A DNA stretch of 48,374 bases from an uncultured Candidatus Saccharibacteria bacterium (lineage in GTDB: Bacteria > Patescibacteriota > Minisyncoccia > Portnoybacterales > UBA2143), in NCBI GenBank assembly GCA_964439515.1, contig CAYTNU010000002.1, forward strand, positions 9,877 to 58,250, given 5' to 3'. The notes under the pieces are model-generated. The model was given only the letters and a program-made list of their open reading frames with translations. It ran no database searches and was not told the DNA's origin. The translations under genes and the position numbers were made by a program. This document shows positions 34,101-43,680 of this stretch, piece by piece (the stretch's first letter is position 1; every line of letters starts with the position of its first letter).

Positions 34101-34643
34101 ATGAGTAGAATAGGAAAACAATTAATTATAATCCCAGATGGAGTTGATGTTAATATTGATAATGGAGAGATTAAGGTCAAAGGGCCTAAAGGAGAATTAT
34201 TTCAGGAGATTCCCTATGAGATTGAAGTTATAATTAAAGACAAAGAAATAACGATTAGTCCAAAGAATAAAACAAAAAATTCTTCAGCTCTTTGGGGTCT
34301 GTTAAGGACTTTAATTTTTAATATGATTGAAGGAGTTGTTAATGGATATGAAAAACAATTAGAAATTGAAGGAGTTGGGTATAGGGCAGCTGTTGAAGGC
34401 AATAAATTAGTTTTGAATCTTGGTTTTTCTCATCCGATTAACATAGAAGCACCCAAGGGAATCGAATTTAAAGTAGAGAAGAATGTAATTACAGTTTCTG
34501 GTTTTGATAAACAATTAGTTGGTCAAGTATCAGCAGACATTAGATCTAAACGTAAGCCTGAGCCATACAAAGGCAAAGGAATTCATTATATGGGAGAAGT
34601 TATCATAAGAAAAGCTGGTAAAAAAGCAGTAGGAAGCGAATAA
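34101..34643 (+). CDS. rplF: 50S ribosomal protein L6
   Basis: [15 protein letters not shown] and GVGYRA match L6. The start is set at ATG 34101. Confidence 0.93.
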   Translation: MSRIGKQLIIIPDGVDVNIDNGEIKVKGPKGELFQEIPYEIEVIIKDKEITISPKNKTKNSSALWGLLRTLIFNMIEGVVNGYEKQLEIEGVGYRAAVEGNKLVLNLGFSHPINIEAPKGIEFKVEKNVITVSGFDKQLVGQVSADIRSKRKPEPYKGKGIHYMGEVIIRKAGKKAVGSE

Positions 34644-34647
34644 AAAC

Positions 34648-34992
34648 ATGTTAGAAAAACAACAAAAAAGATATAGACGACATCATAAAATTAGAGCAAA
34701 AATAATCGGAAGCAAAAAATGTCCGAGACTTTCTGTTTTTCGAAGTAATCAACATATATATGCTCAGTTGATTGATGATGAAGAAGGAAAAACATTAGCT
34801 AGCATTAGTGACTTAAAATTAAAAAAGAATATAAAAAAGATAAAAGCAGCTGATGAGATTGGCAAATTAATTGCTGAAAAAGCATTAGAGAAAAAAATTA
34901 AAAAAGTTGTTTTTGATCGTGGTGGATATAAATATCATGGTAGAATTAAAGCAGTAGCAGAAGCAGCTCGTAAAGGAGGATTAGTGTTTTAA
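34648..34992 (+). CDS. rplR: 50S ribosomal protein L18
   Basis: [18 protein letters not shown] and [24 protein letters not shown] match L18. Confidence 0.95.
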   Translation: MLEKQQKRYRRHHKIRAKIIGSKKCPRLSVFRSNQHIYAQLIDDEEGKTLASISDLKLKKNIKKIKAADEIGKLIAEKALEKKIKKVVFDRGGYKYHGRIKAVAEAARKGGLVF

Positions 34993-35101
34993 TAATCAAT
35001 AATCAAATATCAATGATCAATCAATGATCAATAGTCAATGATCATTTAAAAATTGAAAATTCATTGAAAATTGAAAATTGAAACTTGAGAATTAAATTAT
35101 T
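34993..35101 (+). repeat. repeat-laden 109-bp spacer between rplR and rpsE (CAATGATCA units, then complementary ATTGAAAA units)
   Basis: CAATGATCA occurs at 35011, 35022 and 35036. ATTGAAAA occurs at 35052, 35063 and 35070. The two halves are roughly complementary (TCAAT/ATTGA). Confidence 0.7.
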
Positions 35102-35572
35102 ATGTTTAATCAAAATTCACAAAAAGGGGACAGAAGACCTGTTCAAGAAAGAGAATATGAACAAAAATTGCTTGATCTTGCTCGTGTAGTCAGGGTTGTT
35201 GCTGGTGGTCGTCGATTTAGATTTCGTGCAACAGTAGTTATTGGCAACAAAAAAGGCAAGGTTGGTGTTGGCGTATCTAAGGGACAAGATGTCAGTTTAG
35301 CAGTTGAAAAAGCCGTTGAAGATGCGAAGAAACATTTAATTAAAGTTAAAATAGTAAACGGAACCATTCCTCATCAGGTAGAGGCTAAATTTAATACTGC
35401 TAAAGTTTTATTAAAGCCAGGCGTTCAAGGTAGAGGTATTGTAGCTGGTGGTGCAGTTCGTGTAGTTTCTAATTTAGCTGGCATTGAAAATATTTCAGGA
35501 AAGATTATAGGAAAGACAAAAAATAAATTGAATAATGCTAGAGCAACGATTAAGGCATTGGAAAAAATATAA
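35102..35572 (+). CDS. rpsE: 30S ribosomal protein S5
   Basis: VVRVVAGGRRFRFRATVVIGN and GVGVSKG match S5. Confidence 0.95.
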   Translation: MFNQNSQKGDRRPVQEREYEQKLLDLARVVRVVAGGRRFRFRATVVIGNKKGKVGVGVSKGQDVSLAVEKAVEDAKKHLIKVKIVNGTIPHQVEAKFNTAKVLLKPGVQGRGIVAGGAVRVVSNLAGIENISGKIIGKTKNKLNNARATIKALEKI

Positions 35573-35574
35573 TT

Positions 35575-36024
35575 ATGCAATTACATCAATTAAAACCTAA
35601 TCATAAAAAGAAGTCTCGTAAACGAGTTGGTAGAGGAGGCAAAAAAGGGACTTATTCTGGCAAAGGAATGAAAGGACAAAAATCTAGGGCTGGAAAAAAG
35701 CCACGAATTGGTTTTGCTGGTGGAGATACTACTATGATTGAACGCTTGCCTAAAAGAAGGGGTTTGTCTGGTAAATTAAAAAAGATAAGGAGAGGAGTAC
35801 AAACAGCAAGATCAATAATGAAGCCGATAATTTTAGATTTAAAAAATATAGAAAAGAAATTTGAGAAAGAAGAAATAGTTTCTCCTAAAAGTTTACTTGA
35901 GAAGGGATTAATTAGTAAAGTAAGGAAAAGTATTCCCAAGATTAAGATTTTAGGCGAATCAAAAAAAGGATTAAAGTTTGAAGGTGTTATATTAACTAAA
36001 AAACTTCAAGAAAAAGTTAAGTAA
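35575..36024 (+). CDS. rplO: 50S ribosomal protein L15
   Basis: LKPNHKKKSRKRVGRGGKKGTYSGKGMKGQKSR matches L15. It follows rpsE after a 2-nt gap, so there is no L30 gene. Confidence 0.95.
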   Translation: MQLHQLKPNHKKKSRKRVGRGGKKGTYSGKGMKGQKSRAGKKPRIGFAGGDTTMIERLPKRRGLSGKLKKIRRGVQTARSIMKPIILDLKNIEKKFEKEEIVSPKSLLEKGLISKVRKSIPKIKILGESKKGLKFEGVILTKKLQEKVK

Positions 36025-36029
36025 TTATT

Positions 36030-37313
36030 ATGAATTGGTTAAAAAAGGTTATTCAAATTTTTAAAATTAAAGATTTACGCAAAAAGATATTTTTTGTTTT
36101 GATGATTTTAGTGATTTTTAGAATCGCTGCTAATATTCCTGTACCAGGAATTGACGCTGAACGTTTAAGTCAATTCTTTAGTAATAACCAATTATTTGGG
36201 TTATTAAATATTTTTACTGGTGGCGCAATGAGTAATCTTTCAATTATAATGCTTGGTTTGGGTCCATATATTACTGCTACAATTATAATGCAACTTTTAA
36301 CAATGATTTTTCCTCAATTAGAATTATTATATAAAGAGGAAGGAGATAAAGGACGTCAAAAGTTTAATCAATATGGTAGAATATTAACAGTTCCCTTGGC
36401 ATCTCTTCAGTCTTATGCGATGTTAACTATTTTAAGCAGACAAGGTGTTTTAGATCTTGTTTCAAGTATTCAATGGATGACTTCTATTACCGTGATTACG
36501 GCTGGAGCAGTATTTTTAATGTGGTTAGGTGAGTTAATCTCTGAAAAAGGTATTGGAAATGGAATATCTTTATTGATTTTTGCTGGAATCGTTTCAGGAG
36601 TTCCTTTGTCTATTAGGGAATTAGCAGTTACTTATACTCCTTCAAAAATTCCTTCTTATTTAGCTTTTCTTGTATTAGCTTTGGTTATTACGGTTAGCGT
36701 AGTAATTATAACTGAAGGACGGCGCAATATTCCTGTTTCTTATGCTAAAAGGATAAGAGGAAATCGTGTTTATGGTGGTGTTTCTACTTATTTGCCTCTT
36801 AATGTTAATCCAGCTGGTGTAATCCCAATTATTTTTGCTCTTTCAATCATGCTTTTTCCTGGAATGGTTGCTAATTTTTTTGGAGCTTCTAGTATTGGTT
36901 GGTTAGCTAGTTTAGCCCAAGGAGTTGGGAGGTTGTTTGAAAATATGTGGTTTTATGGTGTTGCATATTTTCTTTTAGTCGTTTTATTTACATATTTTTA
37001 TACAGCTGTTACTTTTGATCCTAAAAATATAGCTAGTAATTTACAAAAAAGTGGTGGTTTTATCCCTGGCATTAGACCAGGTAAATCAACTTCTGACTTT
37101 TTATACTTTATTCTTAATCGTGTTCTATTATTTGGAGCTATCTTTTTAGGTACGATTGCTGTTTTGCCTTCAATTGTTCAAGGAGCAACTGGTATTACTG
37201 CATTTGGTTTTGCTATTGGAGGGACTGCCCTCTTGATTGTTGTTTCTGTGGTCTTGGAAACTATGCGACAGATTAACTCTCAATTAACTATGAGAGATTA
37301 TGAGGGATTCTAA
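36030..37313 (+). CDS. secY: preprotein translocase subunit SecY
   Basis: Ten-helix pattern. LGLGPYITATIIMQLL and GISLLIFAGIV match SecY. Confidence 0.95.
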   Translation: MNWLKKVIQIFKIKDLRKKIFFVLMILVIFRIAANIPVPGIDAERLSQFFSNNQLFGLLNIFTGGAMSNLSIIMLGLGPYITATIIMQLLTMIFPQLELLYKEEGDKGRQKFNQYGRILTVPLASLQSYAMLTILSRQGVLDLVSSIQWMTSITVITAGAVFLMWLGELISEKGIGNGISLLIFAGIVSGVPLSIRELAVTYTPSKIPSYLAFLVLALVITVSVVIITEGRRNIPVSYAKRIRGNRVYGGVSTYLPLNVNPAGVIPIIFALSIMLFPGMVANFFGASSIGWLASLAQGVGRLFENMWFYGVAYFLLVVLFTYFYTAVTFDPKNIASNLQKSGGFIPGIRPGKSTSDFLYFILNRVLLFGAIFLGTIAVLPSIVQGATGITAFGFAIGGTALLIVVSVVLETMRQINSQLTMRDYEGF

Positions 37314-37314
37314 T

Positions 37315-37965
37315 ATGTCAAAAATTATTATCATTCTTGGCAGGTCTGGTTCTGGCAAAGGAACTCAAGCCAAACTTTTAACTAAAGAGTTTGGTTTTAA
37401 TTATTTAGGCAGTGGTATTTTACTAAGAGAGAGAGTTAAGAATAATGATGATCTTGGTCAAGAATTAAAAAAAATTATTGATCGAGGTGATTTAGTCCCA
37501 ACCGAAACAATTTTCAAGATTTGGTCAGAGAGATTAGAAGAGATGAAAGAACAAGTAGGTGAGAAAGGTTTAATTATTGATGGTAGCCCGAGAATGCTTG
37601 AAGAAGCAAAAATGATGGATGAACTTTTCGAAAAACTTGGTTGGGAGGATATTAAAGTTGTTTTAGTTGATATTTCCGAGCAAGAATCTTTTGATCGGCT
37701 AATCAAGCGTCGTATTTGCAAGAAATGTGGACGGATAATTCCATGGGTTGGTGATTTTAAGGAAATAAAGGTTTGCGATAAGTGTGGTGGGGAACTTGTT
37801 ACTCGAGATGACGATAATCCTGAAGCTATTAGAAAACGCTTGGCCTATTTCAAAAAAGATGTTCAGCCAACTATTGATTATTACGAAAAACAAGATAGAT
37901 TAATTAAAATTGACGGAACTAAGTCAATTGAAGAAGTTTATAATGATATTAAAAAGAAAATTTAA
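37315..37965 (+). CDS. adk: adenylate kinase (zinc-lid type)
   Basis: P-loop GRSGSGKGTQ and lid CKKCGR...CDKCGGELVTRDDD. The start is set at ATG 37315. Confidence 0.93.
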   Translation: MSKIIIILGRSGSGKGTQAKLLTKEFGFNYLGSGILLRERVKNNDDLGQELKKIIDRGDLVPTETIFKIWSERLEEMKEQVGEKGLIIDGSPRMLEEAKMMDELFEKLGWEDIKVVLVDISEQESFDRLIKRRICKKCGRIIPWVGDFKEIKVCDKCGGELVTRDDDNPEAIRKRLAYFKKDVQPTIDYYEKQDRLIKIDGTKSIEEVYNDIKKKI

Positions 37966-38708
37966 TGATTTATATTAAAACACCAGAAGAAATTAAAATA
38001 ATGGCTCAAAGTTGTCAACTTCTTTCTAAGGTTATGAAAGAATTAAAGAATAAAGTTGAGCCAGGTAGAACTACCAATGAATTAAATGATCTTGCAGAAG
38101 AGCTTATTCTTAGTTTTGGAGCTAAACCTGCATTTAAGGGGTATAATAATTTTCCTTCTGCTTTATGTACTTCAATTAATGAACAAATTGTTCATGGCGT
38201 GCCTTCAAATAGAATATTAAAAGAAGGTGATATTTTAAGTTTAGACCTAGGTCTTATTTATGATGGATTTAATTCAGATATGGCAATAACATTGCCAATT
38301 GGTTCTATTGACCCAGAAACGAATCGTTTAATGAAAGCAACAAAAAAATCTCTTAAAAGAGCAATTGCTAGAACAAAAGCAGGGAAGACAATTGGTGATA
38401 TTGGACATGCTATTCAGGGGCATATAGAAGGACAAGGATTCCAAGTAGTTAGAGAACTTTGCGGACATGGAGTTGGCAGACAGCTTCATGAAAGCCCTGA
38501 TGTTCCTAATTTTGGACAAAGACATAAAGGAGAGTTATTAAAAGTAGGCATGGTTATAGCTATTGAACCAATGGCTACTATTGGTCAACCTAAAATAAAA
38601 AAAGGCCCGGATGGCTTTTGTTATCAGACAGCTGATGATAGTTTATCGGCTCATTTTGAGCATACAATTGCTATAACCGAAAAAGGTCCAAGAGTTTTGA
38701 CTAAATAG
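37965..38708 (+). CDS. map: type I methionine aminopeptidase
   Basis: Metal ligands appear in context: DLGLIYDGFNSDMA, CGHGVG, IEP and FEHT. Confidence 0.95.
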   Translation: MIYIKTPEEIKIMAQSCQLLSKVMKELKNKVEPGRTTNELNDLAEELILSFGAKPAFKGYNNFPSALCTSINEQIVHGVPSNRILKEGDILSLDLGLIYDGFNSDMAITLPIGSIDPETNRLMKATKKSLKRAIARTKAGKTIGDIGHAIQGHIEGQGFQVVRELCGHGVGRQLHESPDVPNFGQRHKGELLKVGMVIAIEPMATIGQPKIKKGPDGFCYQTADDSLSAHFEHTIAITEKGPRVLTK

Positions 38709-38709
38709 A

Positions 38710-40446
38710 TTATTCCTTTTCTTCAATCTCTTTTTTAATCTTTTCAATAAATTTATCTGTTTTCATCGGGCCAAGATCTCCTTCTCTTCTATCTCTGATA
38801 GAAATTGAATTAGCTTTTTGTTCTTTTTCTCCAACAATTAAAAGATAAGGAATTTTTTGAAGTTCACCTTCACGAATCTTCTTTCCTAATGTTTCGTTAT
38901 TATCGTTTAATTCAACTCTAATATTATCTTTATTGAGTTGTTTTTTTATTTCTTCTCCATATTTATTAAATTTTTGACTAATAGGAATAATTTGAGCCTG
39001 AACAGGAGATAGCCACGCAGGAAAAGCTCCCGCATATTGTTCAATTAAAAAGGCCATTGTTCTCTCTATGCAGCCAATAGAAGCCCTATGGATGACAATT
39101 GGTGTTTGTTTTTTGCCGTCCTTGTCTATATAAGTCATATCAAATTTTTTAGGCATATCAAAATCAATTTGAACAGTAAAAAGAGTCTCCTCTTTGTTAT
39201 TAACATTTCTAATTTGAATATCTGTTTTAGGACCATAGAAAGCAGCTTCATCTTCTTCTTCAATGTATTTAAGCTTTAATCCATCAAGTATTTTTTTCAT
39301 TAATTTTTCAGTTTCTTGCCATGCTTTTGGATTATTAGTATATTTCTCCTTATTTTTGGGATCCCATTTTGAAAAACGATACCAATAATCTTTAATGCCC
39401 AAAACTTTCATATTATATTGAATTAATTTAAGAACGTCTTTGAATTCTTCTTCAACTTGATCTGGCCTGCAGATAAGATGACCATCAACCAAAGAAAAAG
39501 CCATTAATCTTATAAGTCCAGACAATTCTCCTGACTGTTCTTTCCTGTATTGTTTAACAATTTCAGCATATCTTAAAGGAAGTTCTCGATAGCTTCTGGG
39601 ACGTGAATTATATAACATAAAGTGATGAGGACAAGCCATTGGACGAAGAATATAATCTTCGCCATCAATATTCATTGGAGGATACATACTTTCTTTATAA
39701 TGTTTCCAATGACCCGATTTTTTATATAATTCTAATTTTGCTAAATCAGGAGTATAAACATGTAGATATCCTCTCTTGGTCTCTTCTTCAATGATGAATT
39801 TTTCTAATTCATATCTTATTATTGCTCCTTTTGGTGTTAAGAGAGGCAATCCTTTGCCTACTAAATCAGAAAAGCAAAATAAATCTAATTCTTTGCCGAT
39901 TTTACGATGATCTCTTTTTTCTGCTTCTTCTTGTTGTTTCAAATAATCATTTAATTCTTTCTTTGTATTAAAAGCTACGCCATAAATTCTTTGTAGCATT
40001 TTATTTTTTTCATTTCCTTTCCAGTAAGCACCAGCTAAAGAGGTGAGTTTAAAAGCATCAAATCTAATTTCTTTAGTAGATTTAATATGAGGACCTTTGC
40101 ATAAATCAATAAAATCACCAACTGTATAAATAGTTACTTTCTTATTTTTTTCTTTTTCTAAATCTTTAATTAATTCTAACTTGTAGGGTTGTTTAAGTTT
40201 TTTAAATAATTCAATTGCTTTTTTTATTTCTAATTCTTTCTTTTCAAATTTTAAATCTTTTTTAATTAATTCTTTCATTTCTTTCTCAATTTTTGGTAGA
40301 TCTTCTGGTGTTATTCTTTTAGAAAGATCTAAATCGTAATAGAATCCATTTTCTATTGTTGGTCCAATAGCAAATTTAACTTCTTTAAAAAGTTTTTGGA
40401 TTGCAGCTGCAGCAATATGTGAAATTGAATGTCTAATAATATCCAT
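38710..40446 (-). CDS. thrS: threonyl-tRNA synthetase (no N-terminal TGS domain)
   Basis: It starts at the second additional domain (IIRHSISHIAAAAIQKL..AIGPTIENGFYYD). It has class II motifs and a C-terminal anticodon-binding domain. At 578 aa it is about 60 aa shorter than E. coli ThrRS. Confidence 0.93.
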   Translation of the reverse strand: MDIIRHSISHIAAAAIQKLFKEVKFAIGPTIENGFYYDLDLSKRITPEDLPKIEKEMKELIKKDLKFEKKELEIKKAIELFKKLKQPYKLELIKDLEKEKNKKVTIYTVGDFIDLCKGPHIKSTKEIRFDAFKLTSLAGAYWKGNEKNKMLQRIYGVAFNTKKELNDYLKQQEEAEKRDHRKIGKELDLFCFSDLVGKGLPLLTPKGAIIRYELEKFIIEEETKRGYLHVYTPDLAKLELYKKSGHWKHYKESMYPPMNIDGEDYILRPMACPHHFMLYNSRPRSYRELPLRYAEIVKQYRKEQSGELSGLIRLMAFSLVDGHLICRPDQVEEEFKDVLKLIQYNMKVLGIKDYWYRFSKWDPKNKEKYTNNPKAWQETEKLMKKILDGLKLKYIEEEDEAAFYGPKTDIQIRNVNNKEETLFTVQIDFDMPKKFDMTYIDKDGKKQTPIVIHRASIGCIERTMAFLIEQYAGAFPAWLSPVQAQIIPISQKFNKYGEEIKKQLNKDNIRVELNDNNETLGKKIREGELQKIPYLLIVGEKEQKANSISIRDRREGDLGPMKTDKFIEKIKKEIEEKE

Positions 40447-40448
40447 GT

Positions 40449-43400
40449 TTATTCTAATACTTTAACATTGTCGCAAATAATCTTCAAGTTTCCATCACGG
40501 TCACTTACGCGACCTCCAACTAATACTATTTTTTCTTCTTGCCAAATAGTCGCAGTTTGTTCAAGGGTATTAGGAAATACTATTGCCTCTATTCTTCCCG
40601 TCATATCTTCTAATTCAACAAAAAGCATTGATTGACCTGTCTTTGTATTAAACCTTTCAATCTTATTAATTATGCCTCCAATTTTTACTCTGCGTCCAAC
40701 TTCTTTTTTGGAAATAGCCTGACAAGGACATGCTATTCTGGCTAATCTTTCTTGATATTCTTTTAATGGATGTTCAGAGATGTATAGTCCTAGCAATTCT
40801 TTTTCCCAACTAAGAATTTCTTTTTTATCAGCTGGTTCAATTTCAGGTAATTTTAATGATGGTGTTTCTATCTTTGTTTGATTGCTGAATAAACTGATTT
40901 GACCATTCTTTCTCGCATTTTGAGTTTCTCTATTTAAACTTAATATTTGTTCCATTCCTGTTAAGAGTTGATTTCTTTCGCCAAAATAATCTAAAGCTCC
41001 GCATTTAATTAAACTTTCTAATGATTTTTTATTTAAATCCTTAGATTCAACGCGTTCAACAAAATTAGCTATTGATTTATATATTCCGTTTTTTTTTCTT
41101 TCTTCAACGATTGATTCGACTACATTATGTCCAACATTTTTAATAGCATTAAGTCCAAAATGAATAGTTTTTTCTCCTGCTTTACTGAAATTTTTATCAC
41201 TTTCATTAATATTTGGAGGCAAAACATTAAGATTCATTTTTTTACATTCATTAATTAAAAGAGCGATTCTTTCAATATCGTTTTGTTCTGACATCATTAG
41301 GGCAGACATAAATTCAGTAGGGTAATGTGCTTTGAGATATGCTGTTCGATAGCCAATAAGGGCATAGCAAGCACTGTGACTTCTATTAAATCCATATTGA
41401 GCGAATGGTTCAATAGTTTGCCATATTTTTTTAGCGATTCTTGAATCAACATTGTTTTTAATCATTCCATTAATCATGTTGTCTTTTTGTTCATCAAGGA
41501 GTTTTTTGATTTTTTTACCAACTGCCTTTCTAAGAACATCTGCTTCTGAAAGCGTAAATCCTGCTAAGTCACGAGCAATCCTCATTAATTGTTCCTGGTA
41601 AACCATAACACCATATGTATTTTCTAAAATTGGTTTTAATTTTGGATGTAAATATTTAACCTCTCTTAAGCCATGTTTTCTAGCAATAAAATCTGGAATA
41701 AATTCTATTGGTCCAGGACGATATAGAGCAACCATAGCAATAATGTCTTCAAAAACATTTGGCTTGAGTTCTTTAAGATTTTTTTTCATACCTCCTGATT
41801 CTAATTGGAATACACCCGTTGTGTTGGCTTCTTGAAATAGCTTAAATGTTTTTTTGTCATCTAATGGTAAATTTATTAAATCAATTTTATTTTTAATTGA
41901 ATTAAGAGTATTTTGAATTACCGTTAATGTTTTAAGTCCTAGAAAGTCCATTTTTAATAATCCAAGAGCTTCAATAGAATGCATTTCATATTGAGTAACA
42001 ATCGTCTCGTTATTTTGCGTTGGATGTTGACAGGGGATAGTAAGATCAAGAGGATCTTTTGTAATAACGACACCACATGCATGAGTTGAAGCATGACGAG
42101 CTACCCCTTCTAATTTCATGGCCATATTAATTAATTTTTTTGTATTTTCATCTGATTCATATGCCTGATGAAGTTCTGGTGATTCATGAATAGCTTTTTC
42201 TAAATTTGATCCAAAAGGTATCATTTTGGCTATTTGATCACAAAAATTATATGAATAATCTAATACTCTACCAACATCGCGAATAGCTGCTCTAGCAGCC
42301 ATTGTTCCAAATGTAATAATCTGAGCTACATGATCATTGCCATATTTTTTAGAAACATATTCAATAACTTCATCTCTTCTGTCATCAGCAAAGTCTAGAT
42401 CAATATCTGGCATATTAATTCTTTCAGGATTTAAGAATCTTTCAAAAAGTAAATCGTATTTTAAAGGATCAATTTCTGTAATACCTATGAGGTAAGAAAT
42501 TATTGATCCAGCTGCGCTACCTCGTCCTGGTCCGCAAACAATATCTTTAGATTTAGCCCAATTAATAAAATCTTGAACAATTAAAAAGTAAGAAGCAAAA
42601 CCAGTTTCTTTAATAACGCCTAATTCATAATCAAGTCGTTCTAAAATTTCATTTAGAGGATGATCAAATTTACATTTTTTTAATCCTTGTTCACATAATT
42701 CTTTCAAGTATTCATCAGGAGTTTTATTATTTGGTAATTCAAAATGAGGTAGGTGAATTTCATCAAGATTGAATTGGAAATTACATTGGTTAACTATTCT
42801 TTGTGTGTTTTCAATTGCTTCAGGAGTGTTTTTAAAATCTTTAATCATTTGTTCGGTTGATCGTAGAGAAAAATCGTCCTTTCTCATCGTTAATCGTTCT
42901 TGGTCATTGATTTTTTTATCTGTTTGAATCCCCATTAATATATCTTGAGCCTCAGCGTCTTCTGATTTAACATAATGAACATCATTAGTGGCAATTAATG
43001 GAATTTTATTTTTTTGAGCTATTTTAATTATCTCTTTATTAACTTTTGCTTGTTCTGGAAATCCAGGATGATGTTGAATTTCTAAATAAAAATTACCATG
43101 ACCAAAAATGTCACAGTATTCTAATGCAACTTTCTCTGCTTTATTTAAATCACCGGCAATAATAGCTTGGGGGATTTCTCCAGCCAAACAAGCTGACATT
43201 CCAATTAATCCATCGCTATGTTTTCTAAGTAATTCTTTATCAATTCTTGGTTTATAATAGAATCCTTCCAAGTACGATTTTGTTGTTAGTTTAACTAAAT
43301 TGCGATAACCTTTGCTATCTTTGACTAGAACAACTAAATGATGTCTCTTGTTGTCAATATTAGGTCGTTTTTCATACATTCCATTGGGTGCAACATACAT

Positions 43401-43598
43401 TTCATTTCCAATAATAGGTTTAATGCCTCTTTTTTTTGCTTCTCTATAAAATTCAACTATTCCATACATAGAACCATGATCAGTTAATGCAATAGAAGAC
43501 ATTTTTAATTCTTGGCAGGCGTCCAAAATTTGACCTATTTTGGCCATTCCATCTAAAAGAGAATAGTGTGAGTGAACATGTAGATGTGTAAATTTCAT
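40449..43598 (-). CDS. dnaE: DNA polymerase III alpha subunit
   Basis: PHP domain start FTHLHVHSHYSLLDG, catalytic PDIDLDF, and a C-terminal OB fold. 1049 aa. Confidence 0.95.
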   Translation of the reverse strand: MKFTHLHVHSHYSLLDGMAKIGQILDACQELKMSSIALTDHGSMYGIVEFYREAKKRGIKPIIGNEMYVAPNGMYEKRPNIDNKRHHLVVLVKDSKGYRNLVKLTTKSYLEGFYYKPRIDKELLRKHSDGLIGMSACLAGEIPQAIIAGDLNKAEKVALEYCDIFGHGNFYLEIQHHPGFPEQAKVNKEIIKIAQKNKIPLIATNDVHYVKSEDAEAQDILMGIQTDKKINDQERLTMRKDDFSLRSTEQMIKDFKNTPEAIENTQRIVNQCNFQFNLDEIHLPHFELPNNKTPDEYLKELCEQGLKKCKFDHPLNEILERLDYELGVIKETGFASYFLIVQDFINWAKSKDIVCGPGRGSAAGSIISYLIGITEIDPLKYDLLFERFLNPERINMPDIDLDFADDRRDEVIEYVSKKYGNDHVAQIITFGTMAARAAIRDVGRVLDYSYNFCDQIAKMIPFGSNLEKAIHESPELHQAYESDENTKKLINMAMKLEGVARHASTHACGVVITKDPLDLTIPCQHPTQNNETIVTQYEMHSIEALGLLKMDFLGLKTLTVIQNTLNSIKNKIDLINLPLDDKKTFKLFQEANTTGVFQLESGGMKKNLKELKPNVFEDIIAMVALYRPGPIEFIPDFIARKHGLREVKYLHPKLKPILENTYGVMVYQEQLMRIARDLAGFTLSEADVLRKAVGKKIKKLLDEQKDNMINGMIKNNVDSRIAKKIWQTIEPFAQYGFNRSHSACYALIGYRTAYLKAHYPTEFMSALMMSEQNDIERIALLINECKKMNLNVLPPNINESDKNFSKAGEKTIHFGLNAIKNVGHNVVESIVEERKKNGIYKSIANFVERVESKDLNKKSLESLIKCGALDYFGERNQLLTGMEQILSLNRETQNARKNGQISLFSNQTKIETPSLKLPEIEPADKKEILSWEKELLGLYISEHPLKEYQERLARIACPCQAISKKEVGRRVKIGGIINKIERFNTKTGQSMLFVELEDMTGRIEAIVFPNTLEQTATIWQEEKIVLVGGRVSDRDGNLKIICDNVKVLE

Positions 43599-43680
43599 AA
43601 ACTGTCTTTAGTATATCACTTTTATTTTTTCTGGCAAATCAACTTGAAAATACGCCTTTAAATCGTTATACTACATACAT

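Noticed and set aside
34993-35101. CRISPR array
   Set aside because: The repeats are 8-9 nt units with almost no spacers, inside a ribosomal operon. There are no 24-40-nt repeats separated by unique spacers anywhere in the window, and no cas genes.
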